A DNA stretch of 64,000 nt from an uncultured delta proteobacterium (GTDB taxonomy: Bacteria > Desulfobacterota > Desulfobacteria > Desulfobacterales > JAFDCJ01): NCBI GenBank assembly GCA_963769935.1, contig CAVYNY010000018.1, positions 295,016 to 359,015 on the forward strand. Direction: 5' to 3'. The notes under the pieces are model-generated. The model was not told the origin of the DNA. It saw nothing but the letters and a program-made list of their open reading frames with translations, and searched no databases. Below are positions 1-10,620 of this stretch, piece after piece. The number at the start of each line of letters is the position of its first letter. The stretch's first letter is position 1. A program made the position numbers and the translations under genes.

Positions 1-817
1 CAGCCGCGGCCGCCACCATCAGCCGTTCTCTGGTCATCTCGCGGCCTTTTTTGGAAGCAACGCCCATGTGCTCCTGCAGGATCAGCTCGAGCTTGCGCTT
101 TTGTCTGACGATCACTAATTTGCCGCCCTGCGCAACCACCATGTCACCTCTTTCCTCGGAAACAACTATGACCAGGGCGTCGGTGGTTTCGGCCAATCCC
201 AGTGCGGCACGATGGCGCGTTCCGTAATGCGTGGGCAGATCATCTCTGCGGGACAGAGGGAGAATGGCAGCGACCTGAACAATTTGATCACCTTGAATTA
301 CGGCAGCACCGTCATGGACCGGATTGTCGGGCCAGAAAATGCTCAAAATCATCTCTTTGGAAATTTCCCCTTTCCAGGGAATTCCCGGCTGGATCATTTC
401 ATCCACATCATCTTTGCCTGGAATTACAATTAAAGCGCCACATTTGCGCCCGGCCATATCATAGACACTTTGGACAATGATTTCGATCGTACTGATAACG
501 GTTTTCGACGATACGTCCCACAAAATGGCTCTCAAATGGCTGGCCTGTAAAACGCTCCGGATTTCATTGCGAAAAATGACTATTATAATGAACGCGCCCA
601 GGGTCACGACGCCCTGGACGACCCAGCTGGTAACAATTAACCCCATCGAAACCGCCGCCTGCTGAAAGAACCACAGGATGGTCATGCCGATCAGCACCCG
701 AAACGCATTGGTTCCTCTAAAAAGGATATAGAATCTGAAGAGAATATAGCTGACAAGGCCGATGTCGACGATGTCCTGCCAGCGAAGGCTGGATATCAGA
801 TAAATAAATTTTTCCAT
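1..817 (-). CDS. dacA: Membrane diadenylate cyclase (CdaA/DacA type, DisA_N domain); runs off the left edge
   Basis: Not in the ORF track because it has no stop in the window. Manual translation from ATG at 817 gives MEKFIYLISSLRWQDIVDIGLVSYILF..., three hydrophobic segments, then FRNEIR, VHDGA, GTRHRAALG and VVSEERG, which are DAC motifs. Confidence 0.9.
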   Translation of the reverse strand, partial: MEKFIYLISSLRWQDIVDIGLVSYILFRFYILFRGTNAFRVLIGMTILWFFQQAAVSMGLIVTSWVVQGVVTLGAFIIIVIFRNEIRSVLQASHLRAILWDVSSKTVISTIEIIVQSVYDMAGRKCGALIVIPGKDDVDEMIQPGIPWKGEISKEMILSIFWPDNPVHDGAAVIQGDQIVQVAAILPLSRRDDLPTHYGTRHRAALGLAETTDALVIVVSEERGDMVVAQGGKLVIVRQKRKLELILQEHMGVASKKGREMTRERLMVAAAA

Positions 818-822
818 TGCAC

Positions 823-1302
823 TTATTCCGTGATGCTGAACCGCAGCACGTGCAAAACCTTACCCTGCGAATCGGTAATTTCCACCCGCCAGGGGCCGAT
901 ATCTTCCTCGCGAAACTGGATGCTGCTGTAAGTCGACCAGCGCGGCGGCTTGAGTGTGAGCTTTATTTTGGCACTGGGGCGATCGCGGTGAAACCAATGA
1001 TGATAAATAACGGTCTTTTGCGGAACCGGATCAAATGCGGTAAAACAAATTGCCATTCGATGTTCAATGGAAAACACGGTCGTCGAATTTTGGGGAAGCT
1101 GGTCTTGTATATCCTCACACATCACGGCTTGAACCAAAGCGATCTCGCCGCCGGATGTTTCGGTGTTCTCGCCGGTGTCTGATTCGGGTTGAGCTGATAC
1201 CGGCGAGCTTTGAGCTGATACCGGTGAGCTTTGAGCTGATACCGGCCAGCCCGAAAAAAGAATAGTCGTAAAAAACAAAATAAATAAGGTCCGATGATAC
1301 AT
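823..1302 (-). CDS. Exported DUF2914-like protein
   Basis: Signal-peptide-like N-terminus from the ATG at 1302 (the ORF track extends to 1329). C-terminal IYHHW...RWSTYS...GPWRVEI pattern. Lies 5 bp upstream of dacA. Confidence 0.7.
   Translation of the reverse strand: MYHRTLFILFFTTILFSGWPVSAQSSPVSAQSSPVSAQPESDTGENTETSGGEIALVQAVMCEDIQDQLPQNSTTVFSIEHRMAICFTAFDPVPQKTVIYHHWFHRDRPSAKIKLTLKPPRWSTYSSIQFREEDIGPWRVEITDSQGKVLHVLRFSITE
1189..1246. repeat. 21-bp tandem repeat, ~2.8 copies, coding PVSAQSS
   Basis: ttgagctgataccgg(c/t)gagct at 1189 and 1210, with a partial copy at 1231. Confidence 0.9.
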
Positions 1303-1606
1303 AGCTGCCTGCCAGATAAATTTATTCAAAAAAAATTTGAGATGTTGGCGTACTGTAGCCGTTTAAAAACCAAAGAGAACAACTAAGCGTAGGGAACCAG
1401 ATGTCGGCCGGACCCGGCTTGGGCCCTACAGGGAACGAACCAAACGGAAAAAATCAATCAATCTTTATTATTTCATTAAATATCTTATACTTATAATAGC
1501 AGTATTTTTCAAGATAAATTGTAAAAGATTTTGCAAATTTAATACAAATTTTGTAATCTATTAATTTTAAATTTTAAACCCTATTGAAATTATAAAGAAA
1601 AAAATT

Positions 1607-4600
1607 ATGGATCGAAAAGATCAGCTGATACAAAATCCCGCCCCGGGATCACATATGGTTAAATTTCGCGGAGATACGGTTGAATTTACGCTGAATTTGC
1701 CGTACGCCCTAAACGGTACGGCTTGGGTCCGCACCAACATCGGCCAGGGCCGGATAATCAGAAAAGAAATCATTGAGCACGTCCATACCGAAGAGACTCC
1801 TCTCGGCCGGGCGTGGTTTGACATTCCCATGCAGCGGGTCGACGAGCGGACATTTACGGGAAAACTTCCATTGTGTGAAATCGGTCACTTTGAAGCCAAG
1901 TGTTTCTTTTTGCCGGAAAATGAAATCACGCCGATCTGGCCGCCGGGTCTCAATACCGCGATCAACGTTGATTCGGCCGACGCCTGCTGTGCCGACATTA
2001 TATATAATGCCTTCGTCAGGCAATTCGGCCCCAACAAAGCGGCCGTCGAAACCCTTAAACCTTCCGTAAAAGAGCTTATAAACCATCTGGATCAAATCGG
2101 CTACACCGTCATCCCGCAATCCGGAACGTTTCGCGACCTGATTGCTGAACTTGACTTCATTCTGGGCGAGCTGGGTTGCCGGATTCTAATGCTGCTGCCG
2201 ATCCATCCCACCCCAACGACCTACGGCCGCATGGGAAGATTCGGCAGCCCCTATGCTGCCTTGAGCTTTACGGCCGTTGATCCGGCATTGGCCGTGTTCG
2301 ATCCCCATGCCACCCCACTGGAACAATTCATCGAGCTGGTGGACGCTGTTCATCAGCGCAATGCCGGCATATTTATCGACATCGCCATTAATCATACCGG
2401 CTGGGCGGCCGGTCTGCATGAATCCCACCCTAACTGGCTGGTGCGCAACCCCGAGGGGAAGATTGAAGTCCCCGGCGCCTGGGGCGTGAGCTGGGAAGAC
2501 CTCACCAAACTGGATTACACTCACAAAGATCTCTGGCAGTACATGGCCGATGTTTTTTTAACCTGGTGCAACCGCGGGGTGGACGGATTTCGCTGCGATG
2601 CCGGTTACATGATTCCGCAAGATGCCTGGCAATACATGGTCGCCAGAGTTCGCGACCAATATCCGGACACTGTGTTCTTGCTGGAAGGCCTGGGCGGAAA
2701 AATATCGGTGACCAGAGAGCTTTTAAACACCGCGGGGTTAAATTGGGCCTATTCGGAATTGTTTCAAAATTATGATCGCGGCCAGATTGAAAACTACCTG
2801 CCCCAAGCCATCGCTATTTCCGAGAGCGACGGAATTACCGTCCATTTTGCCGAAACTCACGATAATTTGAGACTGGCATCCCGTTCGAATGTTTACGCCC
2901 GCATGCGCACGGCATTGTGCGCTCTGGCATCACCGCAGGGTGCTTTTGGATTTGCCAATGGGGTGGAGTGGTATGCGGCGGAAAAAATCAATGTTCACAA
3001 CAGTCCGTCACTCAACTGGGGCGCAACACCCAACCAGGTGAGCCACATTCGGCGACTAAATGATCTGCTGAAGAGCCACCCGGCTTTCCACGGCGAAACG
3101 GAATTAAAAATGGTCCAGGAGGGCGCCGGCAATTATATTGCGCTGCTACGGCACCACAAACCGACGGGTAAACGGCTGCTGGTGGTTGTCAACCTGGATG
3201 ACGGGAACCGGACTTCGGCCGGCTGGAATCGGAGCGCGGCCGGGATGAATGGTCCGCAATTTTTCGATCTTCTTTCCGATACCGCAGTAACGGTCACCCG
3301 GTCGGAAATTCTGGACAGCTGCCGTTTGGAACCCGGGCAGGTGCTGTGTCTCACTCAGGATGAAAACGATTTTAAGGCTGTGCAAAAATTGCCGGCGGCG
3401 GCTTTTGGCCTGCCCGCCCGAATCGAAAGCCAGCGTCTGCAGGCCAAGGCCCTGGAAGTGTTCACCTTTTATCACGGAACCGTGGATCTGGCAGAGTTTG
3501 ATGCGGCGGATGCCGCCCGGCAGCTAAACCATGATCCGGTCAACTTCTGCCGGGAACTCAATCCAGACAGCCGGGAGCCTCGCGTCGTCACCTGGCAATG
3601 GCCGCAAGATCTTCGTCGTGAAGTCATGCTACCCCCGGGACATTTTTTATGGGTGCAGGCGGATTGCGCGTTTCGCGCTCGCCTGATCAGCGAAAGGTTC
3701 ACACTATCCTGTGAGAAAAGCTTTGAGCGGACGGACGGCACTTTTTTTGCCTTATTTACTCCCCTCGATCCCCCCGAATGCCCGCAGTCCTGCACACTGG
3801 TACTTTCCGTTTATACGCCCGGCGGCGGGCAGCATGCAAAAGGCCCTCTATTGCTGCTGCCCAAATTCGAGCATAGCGAGGTAAAGCAACTATTTCCCCA
3901 CGCCGAATTGCTGAACAGCCGTCTCACTTTTCTGGCGACCAACGGCCGCGGTGCCATGGTGAAAGCCCCGGTGAACTGGGGCAGACTGAACAGTCGCTAC
4001 GACAGTCTGCTGGCAGCCAACCTCAGTCGCGAATTTCCCGAGGACCGCTGGATTATGTTTACCCGCTGTCGGGGCTGGCTGGTGTTCCAGGGTTACTCCC
4101 AGGATCTGGACTCCAAATGTCTGGAAGCGTTCGCTGTCGATGACGCCGGCAGCGGTTTTTGGCGCTATCACATCCCGGCCGGACAGGGACAAAACACTTT
4201 AGTGACCCTCGGCTTAAAGATGCTGTCCGGCGAAAACGCCCTGCAAATGACTTTTTTTCGTCACCCCTGCGAGGGTAAACATGATCGTCTGGAAGATAAC
4301 AAACCCGTTCGACTCATTCTACGGCCGGACATTGAAAACCGCGGCTTTCATGAGACGACCAAAGCCTATATGGGTCCGGAAAGCCGATGGCCTCAAACCG
4401 TCGTTCCAACCCGGCAGGGATTTGATTTCAACCCGGACGCCCGCCATCGCCTGCGGGTTTCGATATCCGAGGGTCAATTTGTGTGGGAACCGGAATGGCA
4501 GTATATGGTTTATCGGCCCCAGGATGCCGAACGCGGCCAGGATCCGGATTCGGATCTGTTCAGTCCCGGATATTTTGCGGTGTCTTTAAAAGGCAGCCAA

Positions 4601-5908
4601 CAGGTCTGCCTTTCGGCGGAAATCAGATCCGCAGATGATTCCAAATCCTTGAAAATGCATCCTCCTGTCGGATTTAATGCCGGACCGTCGTCTCTCGAAA
4701 ATAATATCCGGTGTAATCCGCGGGAGATTTTGTCACGGGCTTTGGATGCTTTCGTGGTGCAGCGCGGTGCCCATAAATCCGTCATTGCGGGGTATCCCTG
4801 GTTTCTGGACTGGGGACGGGATGCATTGATCTTTGTGCGCGGTTTGATCGCAGCCGGACGGACGGACGAGGCCCGATCCATCATCAAGCAATTCGGCCAA
4901 TTCGAACAACAGGGAACCCTGCCCAACATGATCCACGGTCAGGAGGCCGCCAACCGGGATACCTCGGATGCCCCTCTATGGTTCATTGTGGCCTGTGATG
5001 AATTATTGCAGGCCGAAAAATCAGCTGACTTTCTGGAAGCAGATTGCGGCGGCCGTTCCATTCGCCGTATTTTATTGTCCATCGGTCAGTCCATTGTGGA
5101 CGGCACACCCAACGGCATCCGAATGGACCCCGCAACCGGACTGGTATTCAGCCCGGCCCATTTTACCTGGATGGATACAAATTATCCGGCGGGCACCCCG
5201 CGCGAAGGATACCCGGTTGAAATTCAGGCCTTGTGGTATGCCGCCCTGAGTTCGCTGGCCAAGGTCGATCGTACCGATGAACAGGACAATTGGCGCCAAA
5301 TGTCCCGTCAGGTTCAAACCTCCATTTTGAAACTGTTTCGGGCAAACAACCAGGATTATCTTTCCGACTGCCTGCATGCCGCTGCCGGACAGACGGCCTC
5401 GCAAGCAGCCGCTGACGATGCCCTGCGTCCGAACCAGATTCTGGCCGTCAGCCTGGGCGCCGTCCGGGATAAAGCTACCTGCCGCCGCATTCTGGCGTCT
5501 TGCGAGACGCTTTTGGTGCCGGGCGCCATCCGCAGTCTGGCGGATAGACCCGTGCATTACCCAATAGAGATTATTCATCAGGGAAATCTTATTAATGATC
5601 CCCATCATCCATACCGGGGACAATACCGCGGTGATGAAGATACCCGGCGCAAACCCGCCTATCACAATGGAACGGCCTGGACCTGGCTGTTTCCCTCCTT
5701 TTGTGAAGCGTGGGCGGTAACTTACGGGCCTAAAAGCAGAAAAACGGCCTTGGCTTTGCTCGCCAGCGGCTTCCGGTTGCTTGAGCGGGGCTGTGTGGGT
5801 CACATTCCGGAGATACTGGACGGCGATTTTCCCCATCCACCCCGCGGCTGCGCAGCACAGGCCTGGGGCGCCAGTGAACTGCTCAGGGTATTGTTGAAAT
5901 TAAAATAA
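1607..5908 (+). CDS. Bifunctional-type glycogen debranching protein: N-terminal GH13 alpha-amylase domain plus C-terminal amylo-alpha-1,6-glucosidase (GH133)
   Basis: GH13 motifs DIAINH, GFRCDAGY, LLEGLGG, AETHDN. GDE_C motifs AGYPWFLDWGRD, TWMD, YHNGTAW, QAWG. Adjacent to glgP, glgA and glgB. Confidence 0.88.
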   Translation: MDRKDQLIQNPAPGSHMVKFRGDTVEFTLNLPYALNGTAWVRTNIGQGRIIRKEIIEHVHTEETPLGRAWFDIPMQRVDERTFTGKLPLCEIGHFEAKCFFLPENEITPIWPPGLNTAINVDSADACCADIIYNAFVRQFGPNKAAVETLKPSVKELINHLDQIGYTVIPQSGTFRDLIAELDFILGELGCRILMLLPIHPTPTTYGRMGRFGSPYAALSFTAVDPALAVFDPHATPLEQFIELVDAVHQRNAGIFIDIAINHTGWAAGLHESHPNWLVRNPEGKIEVPGAWGVSWEDLTKLDYTHKDLWQYMADVFLTWCNRGVDGFRCDAGYMIPQDAWQYMVARVRDQYPDTVFLLEGLGGKISVTRELLNTAGLNWAYSELFQNYDRGQIENYLPQAIAISESDGITVHFAETHDNLRLASRSNVYARMRTALCALASPQGAFGFANGVEWYAAEKINVHNSPSLNWGATPNQVSHIRRLNDLLKSHPAFHGETELKMVQEGAGNYIALLRHHKPTGKRLLVVVNLDDGNRTSAGWNRSAAGMNGPQFFDLLSDTAVTVTRSEILDSCRLEPGQVLCLTQDENDFKAVQKLPAAAFGLPARIESQRLQAKALEVFTFYHGTVDLAEFDAADAARQLNHDPVNFCRELNPDSREPRVVTWQWPQDLRREVMLPPGHFLWVQADCAFRARLISERFTLSCEKSFERTDGTFFALFTPLDPPECPQSCTLVLSVYTPGGGQHAKGPLLLLPKFEHSEVKQLFPHAELLNSRLTFLATNGRGAMVKAPVNWGRLNSRYDSLLAANLSREFPEDRWIMFTRCRGWLVFQGYSQDLDSKCLEAFAVDDAGSGFWRYHIPAGQGQNTLVTLGLKMLSGENALQMTFFRHPCEGKHDRLEDNKPVRLILRPDIENRGFHETTKAYMGPESRWPQTVVPTRQGFDFNPDARHRLRVSISEGQFVWEPEWQYMVYRPQDAERGQDPDSDLFSPGYFAVSLKGSQQVCLSAEIRSADDSKSLKMHPPVGFNAGPSSLENNIRCNPREILSRALDAFVVQRGAHKSVIAGYPWFLDWGRDALIFVRGLIAAGRTDEARSIIKQFGQFEQQGTLPNMIHGQEAANRDTSDAPLWFIVACDELLQAEKSADFLEADCGGRSIRRILLSIGQSIVDGTPNGIRMDPATGLVFSPAHFTWMDTNYPAGTPREGYPVEIQALWYAALSSLAKVDRTDEQDNWRQMSRQVQTSILKLFRANNQDYLSDCLHAAAGQTASQAAADDALRPNQILAVSLGAVRDKATCRRILASCETLLVPGAIRSLADRPVHYPIEIIHQGNLINDPHHPYRGQYRGDEDTRRKPAYHNGTAWTWLFPSFCEAWAVTYGPKSRKTALALLASGFRLLERGCVGHIPEILDGDFPHPPRGCAAQAWGASELLRVLLKLK

Positions 5909-6108
5909 CTTCAGGTGTGGCAGCATTATCCCCAACAACCTGGGGGTTAGAATAAGGTGACGATTTGCCGGTCAATAACAAATTATAACGATCGTCACTT
6001 TCCAAAGTTGATTTTTTAACATTTAAACCCTATGTTGGAATTCGGATTCTTGTTGCACCAACCCGCGAGTGCGGCAAAGGGCGCCTGCGGTAATGTATAA
6101 GAAACAAG

Positions 6109-6348
6109 TTAGGGGCTTTGCCCCAATTGGAATGGTGGAATGGTGGAAAAATGGGTCTTGGGAGACTGCAATAGTGGCTAAATGGTAACATTCGTCTTGA
6201 CTTAAACGTCTGAACAGATAAAATCCTTAAAAATCCACTATTCCATCGCTCCAATATTCCATTATTCCAATACTGAGGCAGATACGCATGCCTCAAAAAA
6301 TACCACTTTTATTCAAACAGTGATAGATACTACGAGACATTTAATTAG
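6109..6348. repeat. Intergenic MITE/REP-like element with inverted octamer tracts, bounded by TTAG
   Basis: TTAG at 6109 and 6345; ggggc-ttt-gcccc hairpin; (tggaatgg)n tract facing a (ccattatt-like)n tract; tgaggca...tgcctca hairpin. Confidence 0.6.
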
Positions 6349-6362
6349 AGGCTTCTTGATCA

Positions 6363-8912
6363 ATGAAAAATTTTCAAACATATCAGGTTCATCCTAACAT
6401 TCCGGAAAATCTTGCTTTTCTTGAAACGCTGTCCCGCAATATGTGGTGGTGCTGGAAAAAAAATGCCATAGAACTTTTTCGACGGATCGACCCGGCTCGC
6501 TGGGTGCAATCCGGACGCAATCCGATTGCCTTTCTGGCTAAAATTCCTCAAAGTCGTTTCGAACTGCTGGCGGAAGATGACGGATATCGCGCCCATCTGG
6601 AACGGGTCCAAGAGGAATTTCAGAATTTGGTGCTGAATCCGGCTGTTGAACGCGCGCTGCCATTCCAACCCGGCGAGACCATCGCGTATTTTTCCATGGA
6701 GTTCGGCCTTCATGAAAGCCTGCCGTTGTTTGCCGGCGGCCTGGGTATCCTGGCCGGCGACCATTTAAAGGCGGCTTCCAACCTGACGCTGCCTTTGGTC
6801 GGCATCGGGCTCATGTATCGCCAGGGTTATTTCCGCCAATTCCTGAACCAGGAGGGTTGGCAACAGGAGGCTTATCCGGAAACCGATCTATACAACCTGC
6901 CGGTTGAGCGGATAAAAGACAGCGCCGGAAATGACATAACAATTTCAATTCAAGGACCCGAAGGTCCGATCCATGCCATGGTCTGGAAAATCATGGTGGG
7001 CCGCATTGCGCTTTACCTGATGGATACCAATATTGCCGAAAACTCCGCCGGCGCAAGAGAAATTACTTCACGACTTTATGCTTCCGACGCCAAAATTCGA
7101 CTGGCTCAGGAAATGCTTCTGGGTATCGGCGGAATGAAAACTCTGGAGGCCATGGGCATTAAAACCAAGGTATTGCACATGAACGAAGGACATTCAGCCT
7201 TCGCCAGTCTGCAGCGCTTGGCTCAAATCATCGCCGATCATAACCTTGATCTTAAAACTGCCATTGAAATTATTCCGCGAACCACGGTGTTCACGACCCA
7301 TACGCCGGTAGCCGCCGGCCACGATGAATTTGCGGTCGACCTTGTCAGGCCCTATTTAAGGCAATTCGAGGAAAGGCTGGGGATTTCGACGGATGAAATA
7401 TTATCCTGGGGCCGACCGGAGGGATCCAATGTCAATGCCCCGCTGTCCATGTTTATTCTGGCATTGCATATGTCGGCTTATTGCAACGGCGTCAGCAGGT
7501 TGCACGGCTCGGTGGCCCGGCGCATGTGGTCTTTTGTCTGGCCCGAAAGACCCGAAGAGGAGGTTCCGATTGCCTATGTCACAAACGGAACCCACATACC
7601 GTCTTTCATATCCCAGGAGTTTGCCTATCTATTTGACCGTTATCTGGGTCCCGGGTGGAATCTGAGTTCCCGCAAACCTGAAAACATCCATCGTATCGAT
7701 GAAATCTACGACCAGGAGTTGTGGCGCGGCCATGAAATGAACCGCTCCAATCTGGTGCGCACCTGCCGGGAACAGCTTGTCAAGCAGTACGCAAGACGCA
7801 ATGCGCCGCGCAATATTCTGCAAGCCGTCGAAACGGCGTTGGACCAGGATGCCTTGACGATTGCCTTTGCGCGACGCTTCGCAACCTATAAACGGGCAAC
7901 GCTGCTTCTGCAGGATGAAAAACGCCTGATGTCGATCATCAACAACTCGAAATATCCGGTTCAATTTATCTTTGCCGGCAAGGCCCATCCCAGAGATAAT
8001 GAAGGCAAAGAGCTCATTAAAAAAATATTCCAGTTCGCAAGCAAACCGGAAGTACGCGACAGATTCGTTTTTCTGGAAAACTACGACATGCATCTGGCAC
8101 GCCATTTGCTCCAGGGTGCGGATGTATGGCTCAATACTCCCAGGCGGCCTTTTGAAGCCTGCGGAACCTCCGGTATGAAGGCCGCCATCAACGGCCTGCT
8201 CAATGTCAGTATCCTTGACGGGTGGTGGTGCGAAGGATACGCCGAAGAGAGAGGCTGGCGGATCGGCAACGGCGAGGAATATGATGATCACAGCTATCAG
8301 GATGCCCTGGAAAGCCAAGCGCTTTACAATGTTTTGGAAAATGACGTCATCCCCTGTTTTTATGATCGTAAAAACGGCGATCTGCCCAGCTGCTGGATAA
8401 AAAAAATGAAAGCCTCAATGAAAATGGCCATGCAGACATTTTGCAGTTTACGGATGGTTTCGGATTATGAAAATCGGTATTATATTCCGGCGGCCAGGCA
8501 ATGGGACCTGCTATTTGCCGACAACGCCGGACAGGCTTATAAATTGGCCGCCCAGATTAAGCGGCTTCGTTCCCTGTGGAAAAAAATCCAGATCAATCCG
8601 CCGGTACGACTTACTCCTGAGCCGTATCGTGTCGGCGATTCATTCCAGGTGACGGCCGAGGTCGACCTGGCGGAACTTACCCCTGATGAAGTCGATGTCG
8701 AGCTCTACTACGGCAACCTGAAATCTCTGGAAACTTTATCGACAAGTCATGTCGAGCCGATGCAGATGCGGGAAAATAACGGCAACGGCAATTACCTTTA
8801 CGCATGCTCTTTAAAATGTGAGGTATCGGGGAGATTCGGCTTTACGGTACGAGTTTCGCCCGCCGGGGATGAACGCATAAAATCAACGCCGGGACTGCTG
8901 ACCTGGGTCTGA
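6363..8912 (+). CDS. glgP: Alpha-glucan (glycogen) phosphorylase
   Basis: YFSMEFG, GGLGILAGD, HMNEGH, ARRFATYKR, and the PLP-lysine motif EACGTSGMK. Confidence 0.96.
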   Translation: MKNFQTYQVHPNIPENLAFLETLSRNMWWCWKKNAIELFRRIDPARWVQSGRNPIAFLAKIPQSRFELLAEDDGYRAHLERVQEEFQNLVLNPAVERALPFQPGETIAYFSMEFGLHESLPLFAGGLGILAGDHLKAASNLTLPLVGIGLMYRQGYFRQFLNQEGWQQEAYPETDLYNLPVERIKDSAGNDITISIQGPEGPIHAMVWKIMVGRIALYLMDTNIAENSAGAREITSRLYASDAKIRLAQEMLLGIGGMKTLEAMGIKTKVLHMNEGHSAFASLQRLAQIIADHNLDLKTAIEIIPRTTVFTTHTPVAAGHDEFAVDLVRPYLRQFEERLGISTDEILSWGRPEGSNVNAPLSMFILALHMSAYCNGVSRLHGSVARRMWSFVWPERPEEEVPIAYVTNGTHIPSFISQEFAYLFDRYLGPGWNLSSRKPENIHRIDEIYDQELWRGHEMNRSNLVRTCREQLVKQYARRNAPRNILQAVETALDQDALTIAFARRFATYKRATLLLQDEKRLMSIINNSKYPVQFIFAGKAHPRDNEGKELIKKIFQFASKPEVRDRFVFLENYDMHLARHLLQGADVWLNTPRRPFEACGTSGMKAAINGLLNVSILDGWWCEGYAEERGWRIGNGEEYDDHSYQDALESQALYNVLENDVIPCFYDRKNGDLPSCWIKKMKASMKMAMQTFCSLRMVSDYENRYYIPAARQWDLLFADNAGQAYKLAAQIKRLRSLWKKIQINPPVRLTPEPYRVGDSFQVTAEVDLAELTPDEVDVELYYGNLKSLETLSTSHVEPMQMRENNGNGNYLYACSLKCEVSGRFGFTVRVSPAGDERIKSTPGLLTWV

Positions 8913-9012
8913 TATATGGAGAAACAAAGTTTAAATTCCAACTTGACGCAGAGGCGTAATAAATCCTATAAATAATTAGAAAACGCCCTGCACGGTTTTA
9001 AGGAATCCCATC

Positions 9013-10569
9013 ATGAACCCTACAATTTGCGACCCGCGGGTGCTTGTGGTCACACCGGAGGTCACCTATCTGCCGGACCGAATGGGAGGTCTGGCCTCAT
9101 TTTATACAGCCAAGGCCGGTGGACTGGCCGATGTGTCTGCGGCTTTGATCAGCGCTCTCTTTGAACAGGGAGCCGATGTGCATGTGGCCATGCCGGATTA
9201 CCGCGCCCTTTTCAGCGATAAATTGGCCCCGGTTTTAAAAGAGGAAATATACCGTATTCAGCGCAAAATGCCCAACGACCGCGTGCATCTGGCGGAAGAC
9301 CGCGCCTTTTATTATATTAACCGCGTGTACTCGTCGTACGGAGATGAAAACATCAAGCTCGCCCTGGCCTTTCAACGGGAGGTTATCAATAACATCGTGC
9401 CCCTGGTCCAGCCCGATCTGATTCATTGCAACGACTGGATGACCGGTCTTATTCCAGCCATGGCCAGAGAGCACGGCATCCCCTGTCTTTTCACCATCCA
9501 CAACGTTCACACGGTTAAAACCACCCTGGCCGCGATCGAAGACCGAGGGATCGACGCCGCTTATTTCTGGCAAAACCTGTATTTCGAAAACATGGCCGTC
9601 AGCTACGAACAAACCCGCAACTTCAACCCGGTGGATCTTCTTGGCAGCGGAATTTTTGCGGCGCATTTTGTCAATGTCGTCAGCCCGACATTTTTGCAGG
9701 AAATTGTTGAAGGCAGGCATGATTTTATCGCACCGCCCCTCAGACGGGAATTGACCTACAAAGTCGGCGCCGATTGTGCCGCCGGAATACTCAACGCACC
9801 GGATCCGTCGTTTAACCCCGCTCTGGATGAAGATCTGGCGCGCAAATACCGGCCGGCAGATCATGCCGCCGGAAAAAAAGCAAACAAGCGCTCTTTGCAG
9901 CAAAAGCTCGGCTTAATCCAGGATGATCGCGCCCCCGTATTCTTCTGGCCTTCCCGCCTGGACCCGATTCAAAAAGGATGTAAGCTGCTGGCGGATATTT
10001 TCTACAAAGTAATTTCCACCTATTGGGAAGATAACCTGCAGATCGTTTTTGTGGCCAACGGCGACTATCAGACGGCTTTCAGAGACATCGTAAATTATCA
10101 CGGTTTTCAGGAGCGCGTGGCCATTTATGACTTCAGCAATGACCTTGAACACCTATGTTACGGCGCGTCTGATTTTATGCTGATGCCCTCCCGTTTTGAA
10201 CCCTGCGGCCTGCCGCAAATGATAGCACCCATTTACGGGTCGCTGCCGGTGGCGCACGACACGGGCGGCATCCATGACACCATCACCCACCTGAATGTGG
10301 ATAATAACACCGGAAACGGATTTCTGTTTAAATATTTTGACGCCGCCGGATTATTCTGGGCCATCGAGCAGGCCATGGTATTTTACAAGTTGAGCCCCAA
10401 AATAAAGGCCGCGCAAATCAAGCGCATTATGAAAGAAAGCGCGGACACTTTCACCCATGACAATACGGCGCGTCAATACATTGCATTGTATGAAAAAATG
10501 TTACAGCGCCCCCTGATTGGAAAACATACGAGTCCGGTCTGCGACCTGAATTCGCCGATCGAAAACTAA
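9013..10569 (+). CDS. glgA: Glycogen synthase (GT5)
   Basis: KAGGLADV, IHCNDW, FTIHN, PSRFEPCGLPQM, TGGIHDT. Confidence 0.93.
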   Translation: MNPTICDPRVLVVTPEVTYLPDRMGGLASFYTAKAGGLADVSAALISALFEQGADVHVAMPDYRALFSDKLAPVLKEEIYRIQRKMPNDRVHLAEDRAFYYINRVYSSYGDENIKLALAFQREVINNIVPLVQPDLIHCNDWMTGLIPAMAREHGIPCLFTIHNVHTVKTTLAAIEDRGIDAAYFWQNLYFENMAVSYEQTRNFNPVDLLGSGIFAAHFVNVVSPTFLQEIVEGRHDFIAPPLRRELTYKVGADCAAGILNAPDPSFNPALDEDLARKYRPADHAAGKKANKRSLQQKLGLIQDDRAPVFFWPSRLDPIQKGCKLLADIFYKVISTYWEDNLQIVFVANGDYQTAFRDIVNYHGFQERVAIYDFSNDLEHLCYGASDFMLMPSRFEPCGLPQMIAPIYGSLPVAHDTGGIHDTITHLNVDNNTGNGFLFKYFDAAGLFWAIEQAMVFYKLSPKIKAAQIKRIMKESADTFTHDNTARQYIALYEKMLQRPLIGKHTSPVCDLNSPIEN

Positions 10570-10620
10570 CCGGTGCTTCGTATTTAAGGGCCGCCATGGC
10601 GGCCGAATCTGATTGAAAAC

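Noticed and set aside
202..1265. Plus-strand ORFs here and the many antisense or nested ORFs across the window
   Set aside because: They are shadows of well-supported genes on the other strand or in another frame.
6030..6296. 88-aa ORF (also 31747-31932, 31879-32112 and 28538-28843)
   Set aside because: These are translations of intergenic repeat or low-complexity DNA with no protein-like features.
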